Source: Candidatus Latescibacterota bacterium (GTDB taxonomy: Bacteria; Latescibacterota; UBA2968; UBA8231). Taken from it: a stretch of DNA of 64,000 nucleotides. Position numbers and translations under genes: made by a program. The notes under the pieces are model-generated. The model searched no databases. It saw only the letters and a list, made by a program, of their open reading frames with translations, and was not told the origin of the DNA. Where the stretch lies: contig OZ242005.1 in the NCBI GenBank assembly GCA_965204725.1, forward strand, positions 640,001 to 704,000. Reading direction: 5' to 3'. Positions 36,435 to 45,564 of this stretch are shown one piece after another. Position 1 is the stretch's first letter; each line of letters starts with the position of its first letter.

Positions 36435-36611
36435 GGCCGTCCTACATCCTTCATAAGGGATGTTCTGCATGGCGTTTTGGGTATGAGATACTTCGCTGCG
36501 CTCAGTATGACAAGGTGTCTGGGGCACGAAGCCCTCGTCTGTGTGTCATGCTGAGCGTAGCGCAGCGCAGTCGAAGCATCTCTACATGCTTGCCAGTCAT
36601 GTAGGACGGCT
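36435..36611. mobile_element. About 177-bp MITE-like insertion (13-bp TIRs, ATAT/TA duplication) with a nested REP-like inverted pair
   Basis: GGCCGTCCTACAT...ATGTAGGACGGCT flanked by ATAT; empty site tttagtaaaaacaATATcacc at 34381-34401; nested gagatacttcgctgcgctcagtatgaca / tgtcatgctgagcg...gaagcatctc (36485-36582). Confidence 0.75.
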
Positions 36612-36614
36612 ATA

Positions 36615-38618
36615 TCACCGGCCTCCCGAAAACTCTGCTTCCCAAACCGTGCGGTTCCCCGCGGCAATCCACTGGCCGACCCGGATGCGGCCAATGGCGT
36701 AGGCGGGGAGATCAACGGTCGTTATACACTGGTCGCCGACCCGCATACCGCGCCGGTCGAAATAGAAGCCGAGGTTGTCATAGCCGAACCGCTTGCGGGA
36801 GAGAGAAAGGTCGGCTGGATCGACCGGAGTGACGTGCAAAATGAACTTCGCCTGTACGTCGGCAGGGGCGCACGGCTTTTTGAAGTAGGTCAGCTTGCGT
36901 CCGCTGCGGTACACGTCCCAACCGGCGCGAACCACCCGCTCGCCCGCCTGTTCGAGGAGTTGGTCCACGTAGCGTTCTTGGTAGCGTTCTTTCTGGGCGC
37001 GAATCCTCGCCTCATCGAACGGTTCGACCGCGGCCTCGGCCGTTACGCGAAATACCACGCCATCGGGCGCATCGGCCACCGGCTCCACGCCGGGCAGGAA
37101 GCGAATGTCAAGGTCGTTATAATCATAAAAGCCAGACCGATAGTTATCTTTGATCCAGACGATATACACTTCGTCTTCGCCCCGTTTGACCCACCGGCCC
37201 GCATACCGCGTCCAATCGCGTATCCTATCAGGAAGAGCCCGATGTTTTTTGATGGCGCCGGTCCGATCGGCAAACCAGACGAGGAACTGATTGTTGCTAT
37301 AAGTCCAGCTATCGCTGAGGTTGGTCCTGACGTAATTCAGGGTCGCGGAATGTTGCCAATCGGCAGTGTTGTACGCCCCGTCCAACCCGGCTCCCCATGC
37401 TCTAGTGGTAATACGGAGGTTTTCTCCTGCCGAGAAGCCGACGTGGGCGACAGCCCCCAGCAAGACGACAGACGACAGACCATAGCGAACAGCAGCCATC
37501 CAGCCCGCCGCCTCAATGCACAAGAACCGGTCCAACAGCAACACCGCCGCCAACAGCAACGGCACGTATATCGGCAGCAGGTAGCGGCTGTCGATTATCT
37601 GAGGAACCGTGGAGGGCACGACCGCAACTATGAATACGAGATAGGCTACGGCGAACACCCCGAATGGGAGAGCCAGCCCCAACTCAAACAACGGCGACGC
37701 CGGCCGAGCCGTTCCCTTATTTCCGCCCATGCCGAAGCCTCGATCAGCCAGAACGACCAGCCCGGCTGCCATCCACAGGAGATAACCCAACCCGTCCAGC
37801 GTGTGCGGGGGAACCACCCACGCCCGGAATACATCCGCCACTTGGCTCAGCGAATCGGACAGGGACTGCCCTGACCCGCCTCTCCACCCGGCCAAGCGCT
37901 TGGAGATAGCCCAGTTGCGCAGCAGCAGCGCCGCGAGGGGGATGGATGGGACCGCACCAAATACGATGGCGTGCTTCAACCGGACCGCGAGCGGCGGGGC
38001 GCGACGCAGCAGCAGCATGAGGACGCCGACGCCGATCAGGACCACGCCCGGATAGCGGGTCAGCACGGCCAAGGCGGTGCAAACCGCACTCAGCAGCAGG
38101 GGCGTCCGCCCGCCGCGGCGGAGGAAGGCCGCCAACCAGATCAAGGCGAGGAGCGTACATAGGACGAAAAGGGGGTCGGTCAAGAAGTTTGACGCGAGAT
38201 CGCTCAAGGGAAGGGAGGTCAAGATGGCCAAGATGGCGGCCAGCACCAGCCACCGCGACCGGAGATGCGAGCGCAGCCAGCACCCGGCGGCGAGGATGGT
38301 CAGGCCGAAGGCGGTGGCGTTGATCCACCGACCCGCGACCAGCGGCTCGATGCCAACCCAACCTAAGGTCACCAGCAATAGGGGGAATAAGGGCGGCCAA
38401 GTCGCCATCGGGCGGCCCGTGAAATCTCGCCAGCCCTCTCCCGCGAGGACGTTTAGGGCCGTAGAAAGGAAAATCGTGGAATCCGTGACGACCCCCGCGC
38501 CGTAGGTAGCGGTGCGGACGAGGATGTGCGCGGTGCCCAGCCCGGCGAGGAAGGCGATAAGCAGCATGAAGCGGTCGCGCCGCAACCGGGCGATCCATGC
38601 GATGGCGGCGCACTTCAT
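36615..38618 (-). CDS. GT-C membrane glycosyltransferase, array copy 6
   Basis: Paralogue; start MKCA at 38618. Confidence 0.7.
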   Translation of the reverse strand: MKCAAIAWIARLRRDRFMLLIAFLAGLGTAHILVRTATYGAGVVTDSTIFLSTALNVLAGEGWRDFTGRPMATWPPLFPLLLVTLGWVGIEPLVAGRWINATAFGLTILAAGCWLRSHLRSRWLVLAAILAILTSLPLSDLASNFLTDPLFVLCTLLALIWLAAFLRRGGRTPLLLSAVCTALAVLTRYPGVVLIGVGVLMLLLRRAPPLAVRLKHAIVFGAVPSIPLAALLLRNWAISKRLAGWRGGSGQSLSDSLSQVADVFRAWVVPPHTLDGLGYLLWMAAGLVVLADRGFGMGGNKGTARPASPLFELGLALPFGVFAVAYLVFIVAVVPSTVPQIIDSRYLLPIYVPLLLAAVLLLDRFLCIEAAGWMAAVRYGLSSVVLLGAVAHVGFSAGENLRITTRAWGAGLDGAYNTADWQHSATLNYVRTNLSDSWTYSNNQFLVWFADRTGAIKKHRALPDRIRDWTRYAGRWVKRGEDEVYIVWIKDNYRSGFYDYNDLDIRFLPGVEPVADAPDGVVFRVTAEAAVEPFDEARIRAQKERYQERYVDQLLEQAGERVVRAGWDVYRSGRKLTYFKKPCAPADVQAKFILHVTPVDPADLSLSRKRFGYDNLGFYFDRRGMRVGDQCITTVDLPAYAIGRIRVGQWIAAGNRTVWEAEFSGGR

Positions 38619-38663
38619 TGTAGAGCATCTCTCCATGCTTGCCAGTCATGTAGGACTGCTATA

Positions 38664-40733
38664 TCACCGGCCCGGTGAAAACTCTGCTTCCCAGACGGTG
38701 CGGTTCTCTTTGGCAATCCACTGGCCGACATAGACGCGGTCGATGGCGTAGTCGGGGAGTTGGACGGTCGCGACACACTGGTCGGCGACCTGCACACGCG
38801 CGGCAAGATCGAGCCAGTCGAAATGGAAGCCGAGGTTGTCAGAGCCCCACCGCCGGCGGGCGATGGGTAAGACGCCCAGGTCAGAAGGGACGACGTGCAA
38901 AACGAACTTCGCCTGCACATCCGTAGCGGCGCACGGCTGTTTGAAGTAGGTCAGCTTGCGTCCATTGCGGTACACGTCCCAATCGGCGCGCACCACCCGC
39001 TCACCCGCCTGTGCGAGCAGGTGCGCCACATAGCGTTCTTGGGCGCGCTGTTTTTGGGCGCGATGCCGGTCGGCATCAAACGGCTCAGTCGCCGCCACCC
39101 TTACGCGGAATACCACGCCATCGGACGCCTCGGCTACCACCTCCACGCCGGGCAGCAAGCGAATGTCGAGGTCGTTGTAGTCATAATACACAGTTCGATA
39201 GGTGTTTTTGAGCCAGACGATATATACTTGGTCTCGGCCCGATTTGCGCCACCCGCTCGCCTTCCGCGTCCACCACCCGCTTATGTCAAAAGGAAGCTGC
39301 CGATGTGTTCGGATGGCGGCGGTCCGGTCTGCAAACCAGAGGAGGAAATGGTTGTTGCTGTACGTTATGCTATCGCTAAGGTGGTCCCGGAGGTACTTCA
39401 GGGTCGCGGAATGTCGCCAATAGGCGACACTGAAAGCGTCGTCGTCCGGGTATCCGGGTTCCAATGCTTGGGCGGTAAGCCGGAGATTTCTCTGCACCGA
39501 GAAGCCGATGTGGGCGACGGCCCCCAGCAAGACGAGGGACGCTAGACCCCACTTGGCTGCGGCCACCCAGCCCGCAACCTCGATGGACAGGAACCGGTCC
39601 AACAAGAACACCGCCGCCAACAGCAGCGGCACATGCACCGGCAGCAGGTAGCGGGCGGACATCTCCATGGGGTAAACGAGCAGCACGATGGCGACGATGA
39701 ATACGAGGTAGATCGCGGCGAACACCGCGAATGGGAGAACCGGCCCCAACCCGAAGGATGGCGACTTGCCGCCCCTGCCTACGCCACGACCCGACAGAAC
39801 GACAACCACCACCATCGCCACAACAACCAACCCGGTCGTCGCCCACAGGAGAGAACCGAACCCGTCCGATGTGCTCAGCCCGGTCACCCTCCACAGGAGA
39901 TAATCAAACCAGTCCACTGCGTCTTGGGGCATCACCCACTCCCGGAATACATCCACCACTCGGCTCAGCGAATCGAACAGGGGGATGGATGGGATGGCCC
40001 CAAATACGACCTGATACCGCGATTGCCAGCCCACTTCAATGCGCTCGACAGCGAGGGAGATGGATGGGATGGCCCCAAATACGACAGCGTCTTTCAACCG
40101 GGCGACCAGCGGTGGAGCGCGACGCACCAGCAGCATGAGGACGCCGGCACCGATCAGCACCACGCCCGGATAGCGGGTCAGCACGGCCAGCGCGGTGCAA
40201 ACCGCCGCCCACCACAGGGATGTCCGCTCACCGCGCTGGAGGAAGGCCGCCAATTGCATCAAGGCGAGGAGCGTAAACAGGACGAAGAGCGGCTCGTTCA
40301 TGACGGCTGACGCGAGTTCGCTCAAGGGAAGAGAAGTTAGAATGACCACGCTGGCGGCCAGTGTCAGCCAGCGCGCCCGGAGATGCAAGCGCAGCCAGCA
40401 CCCCACAACGAGGATGGTCAGCCCGAAGGCGGTGGCGTTGACCCACCGCCCCACCTCCAGCGGCTCGATGCCGACCCAACCGCCGACCGCCAGCAGCAGG
40501 GGAAAGAAGGGCGGCCATTCTGCCGTCAAACCGCCCGTGAATTCCCGCCAGCCCTCGCCCGCGAGGAAGTTTAGGGCCGTAGAAAGGAAAACGACGGAGT
40601 CCGGGTGGACCGAGGGGCCGTAAGTGGCGGTGCGGACGAGGATGTGCGCGGTGCCCAGCCCGGCGAGGAAGACGATGAGCAGCGTGAAGGGGGCGGGTCG
40701 GAACGGCCTTTTTTTATCCGTGGAGATCGACAT
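38664..40733 (-). CDS. GT-C membrane glycosyltransferase, array copy 7 (first transcribed)
   Basis: Paralogue with a distinct N-terminus; internal VVFGAIPSI duplication replaces the RNW loop. Confidence 0.7.
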   Translation of the reverse strand: MSISTDKKRPFRPAPFTLLIVFLAGLGTAHILVRTATYGPSVHPDSVVFLSTALNFLAGEGWREFTGGLTAEWPPFFPLLLAVGGWVGIEPLEVGRWVNATAFGLTILVVGCWLRLHLRARWLTLAASVVILTSLPLSELASAVMNEPLFVLFTLLALMQLAAFLQRGERTSLWWAAVCTALAVLTRYPGVVLIGAGVLMLLVRRAPPLVARLKDAVVFGAIPSISLAVERIEVGWQSRYQVVFGAIPSIPLFDSLSRVVDVFREWVMPQDAVDWFDYLLWRVTGLSTSDGFGSLLWATTGLVVVAMVVVVVLSGRGVGRGGKSPSFGLGPVLPFAVFAAIYLVFIVAIVLLVYPMEMSARYLLPVHVPLLLAAVFLLDRFLSIEVAGWVAAAKWGLASLVLLGAVAHIGFSVQRNLRLTAQALEPGYPDDDAFSVAYWRHSATLKYLRDHLSDSITYSNNHFLLWFADRTAAIRTHRQLPFDISGWWTRKASGWRKSGRDQVYIVWLKNTYRTVYYDYNDLDIRLLPGVEVVAEASDGVVFRVRVAATEPFDADRHRAQKQRAQERYVAHLLAQAGERVVRADWDVYRNGRKLTYFKQPCAATDVQAKFVLHVVPSDLGVLPIARRRWGSDNLGFHFDWLDLAARVQVADQCVATVQLPDYAIDRVYVGQWIAKENRTVWEAEFSPGR

Positions 40734-40817
40734 ACCCCCCCAATAGCCGCTTAGCGTTGCGCTTTTTTAGGTACAGCCCAACCTCACTACACGACACCCG
40801 TGCGGCCAGCCTTCCAA

Positions 40818-40864
40818 GGATCGAGGGCATCTTGCCCTCGTCGAGGGCGGGACGCCCTCGATCC
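40818..40864. repeat. REP-like double palindrome between the TonB receptor and the array
   Basis: ggatcgagggcatcttgccctcg-tcgagggcgggacgccctcgatcc. Confidence 0.55.
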
Positions 40865-40889
40865 CGGATTCAGCGGCAACAGCCGAGCG

Positions 40890-43800
40890 TCACCCGCCAA
40901 AACCATAGGAGACCGCGAGCTTCAACCGCCGGCCTTTGGGATCGTGCGTAAAGCCATCGTACCCTTGCTCGACGTTTGCCAGAGGCGGCTTACTATTGAG
41001 CAGGTTCACCCCGGAGAGCACGATTTTGACGCCTTCGGACATGTTCCACAAAAAGCTCATATCCCACGTGACGAACGAGTCAACGATACCGAACAATTCC
41101 TTGATTTTTTCCGTATCGGAGGCGTTCGATCCCCGGTCCTCGTACGACGAAATGTAGTTCAGGTAGCTCACGAGGCTATAAGTTCCCCAGTAATAACCCG
41201 CCGATGCTCGGCTCTTCAACTTGGGAAGCGAGGTCGCAATGGGATTGCCAAAGTTTAGGTAGCCGGCCACGTCTGCCGCCTCCTGCAGCACCAAGTCGCC
41301 GTACCTCAGGGCCTTCGTCCGGTACTCCAACATGTACGTACCGTCCAAGTTGAGCGACAATTCGCCGTCGCCGATGGCCGAGCGCTGGCCCAGATGCAAA
41401 TCAAGCCCCGAGGTCTTGACCCCCGGCCAATTGACGATATCAACTTGCACTCGCTCGAGTTGCGAGGCCGAGCATGTACCAGTGCCTCTCCCGTCCGAGC
41501 AGACGATGAATTGCTGCAGGGCCGCCTTATTGTCGTCGTATAAGGAAGTAATGGCCCCGTGCGGCATGGAGCCGATTACATCGCTGAAATCGTAGCTCCA
41601 ATAGTCAAACGTCGCATCAAAGCCTCCCTCGGTGACCAAGACGAGGCCCGCGTTATAGGTAAAAGCCTGTTCGGGTTTGAGATCCTTGCTCCCGATTCGG
41701 TCCACTGCTTGGTAGGCACCCGTCTCGTTGATCCATTCGAGCGTCGTCAGCGGGCTTTCATTCACATCGTCCAGCGAGGGCGTGCGAAACGTCGTCTGCA
41801 CTGAGCCGCGCACGAACAAGGATTGGTTCGCAGATTCCGAGATCTGATAACGCCACCCGAACTTGGGATCAAAACTGCTCGCCACGTCGTGGAACTCGTA
41901 GTTGGCGGCGAGTTGGGTCTCAAAGCGCGCGCCCAAGCTCAGGGGAATCTCGGCAAAGAAGCGGTGGACCGTTTGCGATTCCTCATAAGGCCGATGCACG
42001 TTGGTGAACGCATAGGGACCGAACCGGTCCTCTGCGGAGCACTCCGTATCGCCCACGACCGGGCAAGGGTTGACGGTCACGTCGCCGGCGTCGTTGGGGT
42101 CGCCGGCGGCATTGAGTAGGCGGAATTGGTAGCCGACCGCGTAACTGGCGACGTCCTCAATCCAACTTCCCGTCAGCGTCGCGTCGGCGACCAGCACATC
42201 CGCCGTGCTCACTAGATCGACCTCCTCATGGAACCACCGCCGCAATTCGGGGGTGTTGGCAAGGTCGGGGCGGAAGTCGGGGTTCGCATTGTTCTCAAAC
42301 TCCGAGCCGGGCTGCTGCGAGAACTCAATGGCATTGCTGAAGGGGTTGTAGTACTGGCAGTTCCCCTCGCCGGCCACTTGGCCATTGATCGCGCCGAGCT
42401 GCATCCCCGAGAGGGACGCGGGATCGTGATCAGGCTCCACGCCAACGCCGCAATCCGGCCCGCCAAATCCGCGGAAGCCGAGGAACAGCCGCTCGACGTA
42501 CACCCCCGGCAGGTTGTAGTTGCCCTCGGTGCGGGAGTAGGACAGCCCCAAGTCGAAGTGGGTATCTCGACCGCCGAGTGACGCAAAGTCGCCATTCGCA
42601 GAAGCGGCCACGCGCCAAGTGCGAGAGGAGCGGCCCAGCGTACGCGCGGGACCCGAGTTGCCAAAGGGGCGACCGTTGAAATACCAGTTCTCCTCGCCTT
42701 GGCATGCGTCGTAGTAGGGGTCGCCGGCCTCAGCACCGTAGTCTTGGCAAAATGCCTGCCGGCCCGGGTGGCCGGGCGCGACCTCCATGATGCTCGTGTC
42801 GGTCAGGGGGAAGGGGGGATACGAAGGGGTCGTGTACCAATCGGGAATATCGGACTCGGACCACAGCCCCTCGATGTGGTAATCTGTGCCATTGTCCAGC
42901 GAACCGTTGAGCTCGGCAAAAGCACGGGTGTAGCTCGTGCGCTCAATCAGATTGTCCCACGGCTGATAGCGAAAGCGGCAGGTCCAAGATTCCCGGAAGC
43001 CGCCAAACTGCTCGCAACGGGGGGCGTGGATGGTGGCGGTCCATGGGGCCGGAGCACCAATGGCGAAGGTGCCGGGGTTGCCCAAGCTCGACCATCCCAA
43101 GCGCTGCCCGGAGCCGTGCCACGGTTGTATCAGGTAAGCCCGGTCTGTGTTCCTCAGCTCCTGACGCCGCCGCCATTCCGCGGAAACAACCGCATGGGCA
43201 CTGCCGAGTTTCCCCCCCCATATCGCGCCGGTGTTTGTATCGCCCGCACCGGAAAAATGCTCGTGGGCCGCCGAGACCTCAAAGCCCTCAAAGTCGCCGC
43301 GCGTCAAAAAATTGGCAACGCCGGCCACGGCATCCGATCCATAGATGGCCGAGGCCCCCTCCTTGAGCACCTCAACCCGGTCCATGGCGATGGAGGGCAT
43401 GGCATTGACATCGACGAAGCGGCCCCCAATCAAGCGCGCCGGGACATAGGTCTGGCGGCGGCTGTTGATCAATACTAGGGTCCGCGAGGCCCCTAAGCCG
43501 CGTAGGTTCACGTTGGCGATGTTCTCGGTAAGGGTGGCGGCTTGGCCGGCGTTGTACCAGCTATTCCGCTCGCCGATTACCCCGTGGCTCGCGCCCAAGT
43601 TTTTGAAGAAATCGACGAGTTGCGGGGAACCTTGCTCTTCCATCTTTTCGCGGCCGGTCACGGAGACCGCGTAGGGCAAGCTGATGGGGGATTCCTTAAA
43701 GGCGGTGCCGGTCACCACCATTTCCGCCAATTCGACCACACTGGCCATCAGTTCGAGTCGGACGGTCGTGGTCTCTCCAGCTACTACCAAGACGGTAGTG

Positions 43801-44060
43801 GTCACGGTCTCGTAGCCAATCAATTCGGCGGCGAGCGAGTGCTCACCAGCCGGGACATCGGCGATGGTGAAGCGGCCGTCCTCGCCCCATAGCGCACTCA
43901 TGTTCAATTCCGCGATATAGACTTGGGCGATGTCGAGCACCATCCCGTCCTCAGCGTCGCGGACAGTCCCTACAATGGTTCCCATTGACTCCGCCTGAGC
44001 GCGGGCGGCAAACAAGGCCAAAAACAGGGCGATAAAAAAGCACGTACTCCAAAATCGCAT
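40890..44060 (-). CDS. TonB-dependent receptor with N-terminal carboxypeptidase-regulatory-like domain
   Basis: Signal peptide MRFWST...AQA; plug NLRGLGASRTLVLIN, RVEVLKEGASAIYGSDAVAGV; barrel end DPKGR...VSYGF. Confidence 0.9.
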   Translation of the reverse strand: MRFWSTCFFIALFLALFAARAQAESMGTIVGTVRDAEDGMVLDIAQVYIAELNMSALWGEDGRFTIADVPAGEHSLAAELIGYETVTTTVLVVAGETTTVRLELMASVVELAEMVVTGTAFKESPISLPYAVSVTGREKMEEQGSPQLVDFFKNLGASHGVIGERNSWYNAGQAATLTENIANVNLRGLGASRTLVLINSRRQTYVPARLIGGRFVDVNAMPSIAMDRVEVLKEGASAIYGSDAVAGVANFLTRGDFEGFEVSAAHEHFSGAGDTNTGAIWGGKLGSAHAVVSAEWRRRQELRNTDRAYLIQPWHGSGQRLGWSSLGNPGTFAIGAPAPWTATIHAPRCEQFGGFRESWTCRFRYQPWDNLIERTSYTRAFAELNGSLDNGTDYHIEGLWSESDIPDWYTTPSYPPFPLTDTSIMEVAPGHPGRQAFCQDYGAEAGDPYYDACQGEENWYFNGRPFGNSGPARTLGRSSRTWRVAASANGDFASLGGRDTHFDLGLSYSRTEGNYNLPGVYVERLFLGFRGFGGPDCGVGVEPDHDPASLSGMQLGAINGQVAGEGNCQYYNPFSNAIEFSQQPGSEFENNANPDFRPDLANTPELRRWFHEEVDLVSTADVLVADATLTGSWIEDVASYAVGYQFRLLNAAGDPNDAGDVTVNPCPVVGDTECSAEDRFGPYAFTNVHRPYEESQTVHRFFAEIPLSLGARFETQLAANYEFHDVASSFDPKFGWRYQISESANQSLFVRGSVQTTFRTPSLDDVNESPLTTLEWINETGAYQAVDRIGSKDLKPEQAFTYNAGLVLVTEGGFDATFDYWSYDFSDVIGSMPHGAITSLYDDNKAALQQFIVCSDGRGTGTCSASQLERVQVDIVNWPGVKTSGLDLHLGQRSAIGDGELSLNLDGTYMLEYRTKALRYGDLVLQEAADVAGYLNFGNPIATSLPKLKSRASAGYYWGTYSLVSYLNYISSYEDRGSNASDTEKIKELFGIVDSFVTWDMSFLWNMSEGVKIVLSGVNLLNSKPPLANVEQGYDGFTHDPKGRRLKLAVSYGFGG

Positions 44061-44145
44061 AGGAGCCTCTCTTTTTAAGTTGAGATGATATAAGATGTTA
44101 TAAATAACCAATTAACACTCAGTTCGGGCAGATAGCAAGCAAATA

Positions 44146-44943
44146 CTACCGCCGATATAGGGCCTCAAACCGATCCTTGGCCTCCCACCCCAAGAGTCGC
44201 TTGGCCTTGTCGGGCCGATATTTGTCGTGCGGCAGCCGCGCACAGATAAAGAAATTCTCATAAGGCGACGGCATTTCGGACGCCCGCAACCCAGACAAAA
44301 ACGCCTCCCCGGTATCCTCCCACGAGGTCGTATAGGGATGCACGCCGCGCCCTTGTTCCTCGGGGAGCACTTCCCGCGGGCGAAAGTGCGTATAGACAAA
44401 GGAGAGCACCTCTAGGCCCTCGCGCTCGGCAAACACGCGCGTAATGTGCCCCCCAAGATACTTGCTCAGCGCGTACAGATCGTCGCCCGGATGCAGCGGA
44501 ATGTCGGCTTCCACCTGAAAGTCGTGCCAATAGTCGGCATCGTGGTCCAGCGAGGTGTGAAAAGGCCCGGTGTGGATCAGCCTTTTTATGCCGCCGGCGA
44601 CGCAGGCTTTGGCCACGTTGTACGCGCCGACCATGTTCACTTGGAAGGCCAGCACCGGATGCGGCCGGACGACGGACACATTGATCGCCGCGTCCATGCC
44701 CTCGCAGGCGGCTAACACTTGCGCGTAGTCGGTAATATCGACCACCCGATTTTCGTGCGGCGGCCCCAACACCTCCGGGATCGGTGCCCGAGGACTCTGC
44801 GGCGGCGCGGCGGCCACTTCCGCCAGCGGCCGGAGGTCCGTAACGCGCAAAGCGTAATGGCCCTTGAGCGCGGCGATCGCCGACGCGCCGACCGGGCCAC
44901 CCGCCCCAAACAACACCACCTTGCCTTCGTTTACCGTTGCCAT
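44146..44943 (-). CDS. NAD-dependent epimerase/dehydratase family protein
   Basis: GAGGPVG; YALSK. Confidence 0.8.
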   Translation of the reverse strand: MATVNEGKVVLFGAGGPVGASAIAALKGHYALRVTDLRPLAEVAAAPPQSPRAPIPEVLGPPHENRVVDITDYAQVLAACEGMDAAINVSVVRPHPVLAFQVNMVGAYNVAKACVAGGIKRLIHTGPFHTSLDHDADYWHDFQVEADIPLHPGDDLYALSKYLGGHITRVFAEREGLEVLSFVYTHFRPREVLPEEQGRGVHPYTTSWEDTGEAFLSGLRASEMPSPYENFFICARLPHDKYRPDKAKRLLGWEAKDRFEALYRR

Positions 44944-44954
44944 AATACCCCCCT

Positions 44955-45551
44955 TTAGGCGAAGCGTCCGCTCGACGCCACGTGCGCCAGCGACCAGTGG
45001 TGCCCTTCGCGCTCGGCGGTTAGGGCTTGGCGCACGGCCGCCACCGCGTCGTCGGCCGTGGTCTCCGCTCCGAGCTTGCCGAGGCGCAGACAGCGCACCT
45101 CAACCTGACCCGTGCGGGCGATTTCGCGGCCGACCAACTCGGCCATAAGCGGTGCCAGCGATTCGGCCTCGGCCTGCGGCAAGGCGTTCCACTGCGGGTC
45201 AACTAGGTACTCCTCCGGGTAGGATCGCACCAAGTCGAGGCTACTGAGCAATACTACCTTCTCAATGCCGACGGCACAGGCCGCTGTCAACGCCACGTAG
45301 GTCCCCCGCGCCGCGATGTCGAGCATAGCCCCTTCGTCGTCGCCAGTCGGATCGCCACCCGCCGCGAGGACGATGGCTTCCACGCCGGCTAGTGCCGCAT
45401 CTAATGCCTCTCGCTGGAGCAAATCGACCTGCCGGTAGCCAGCGAGGTCGCTACTCTCTGCTGCGCCGAGCACCACCTCAAGCTCCGCGCCCAACTCCGC
45501 CGCCAGCCGTGCCCCCCAAGGGCGATCCGCGCCGATTACTGCCACGCGCAT
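44955..45551 (-). CDS. Degenerate NAD(P)-binding epimerase-like protein
   Basis: VAVIGAD Rossmann start; GTY...VVLLSS; lacks YxxxK. Confidence 0.6.
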   Translation of the reverse strand: MRVAVIGADRPWGARLAAELGAELEVVLGAAESSDLAGYRQVDLLQREALDAALAGVEAIVLAAGGDPTGDDEGAMLDIAARGTYVALTAACAVGIEKVVLLSSLDLVRSYPEEYLVDPQWNALPQAEAESLAPLMAELVGREIARTGQVEVRCLRLGKLGAETTADDAVAAVRQALTAEREGHHWSLAHVASSGRFA

Positions 45552-45564
45552 AGTGTCTCCTCTA

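Noticed and set aside
25991-40733. Diversity-generating retroelement as the cause of array variation
   Set aside because: No reverse transcriptase or template repeat in the window, and differences are not visibly adenine-specific; block swaps fit recombination better.
28081-40864. CRISPR array or integron attC sites in the inter-gene spacers
   Set aside because: No regular repeat-spacer period, no cas or integrase, no consistent attC core; spacers are explained by MITE/REP remnants.
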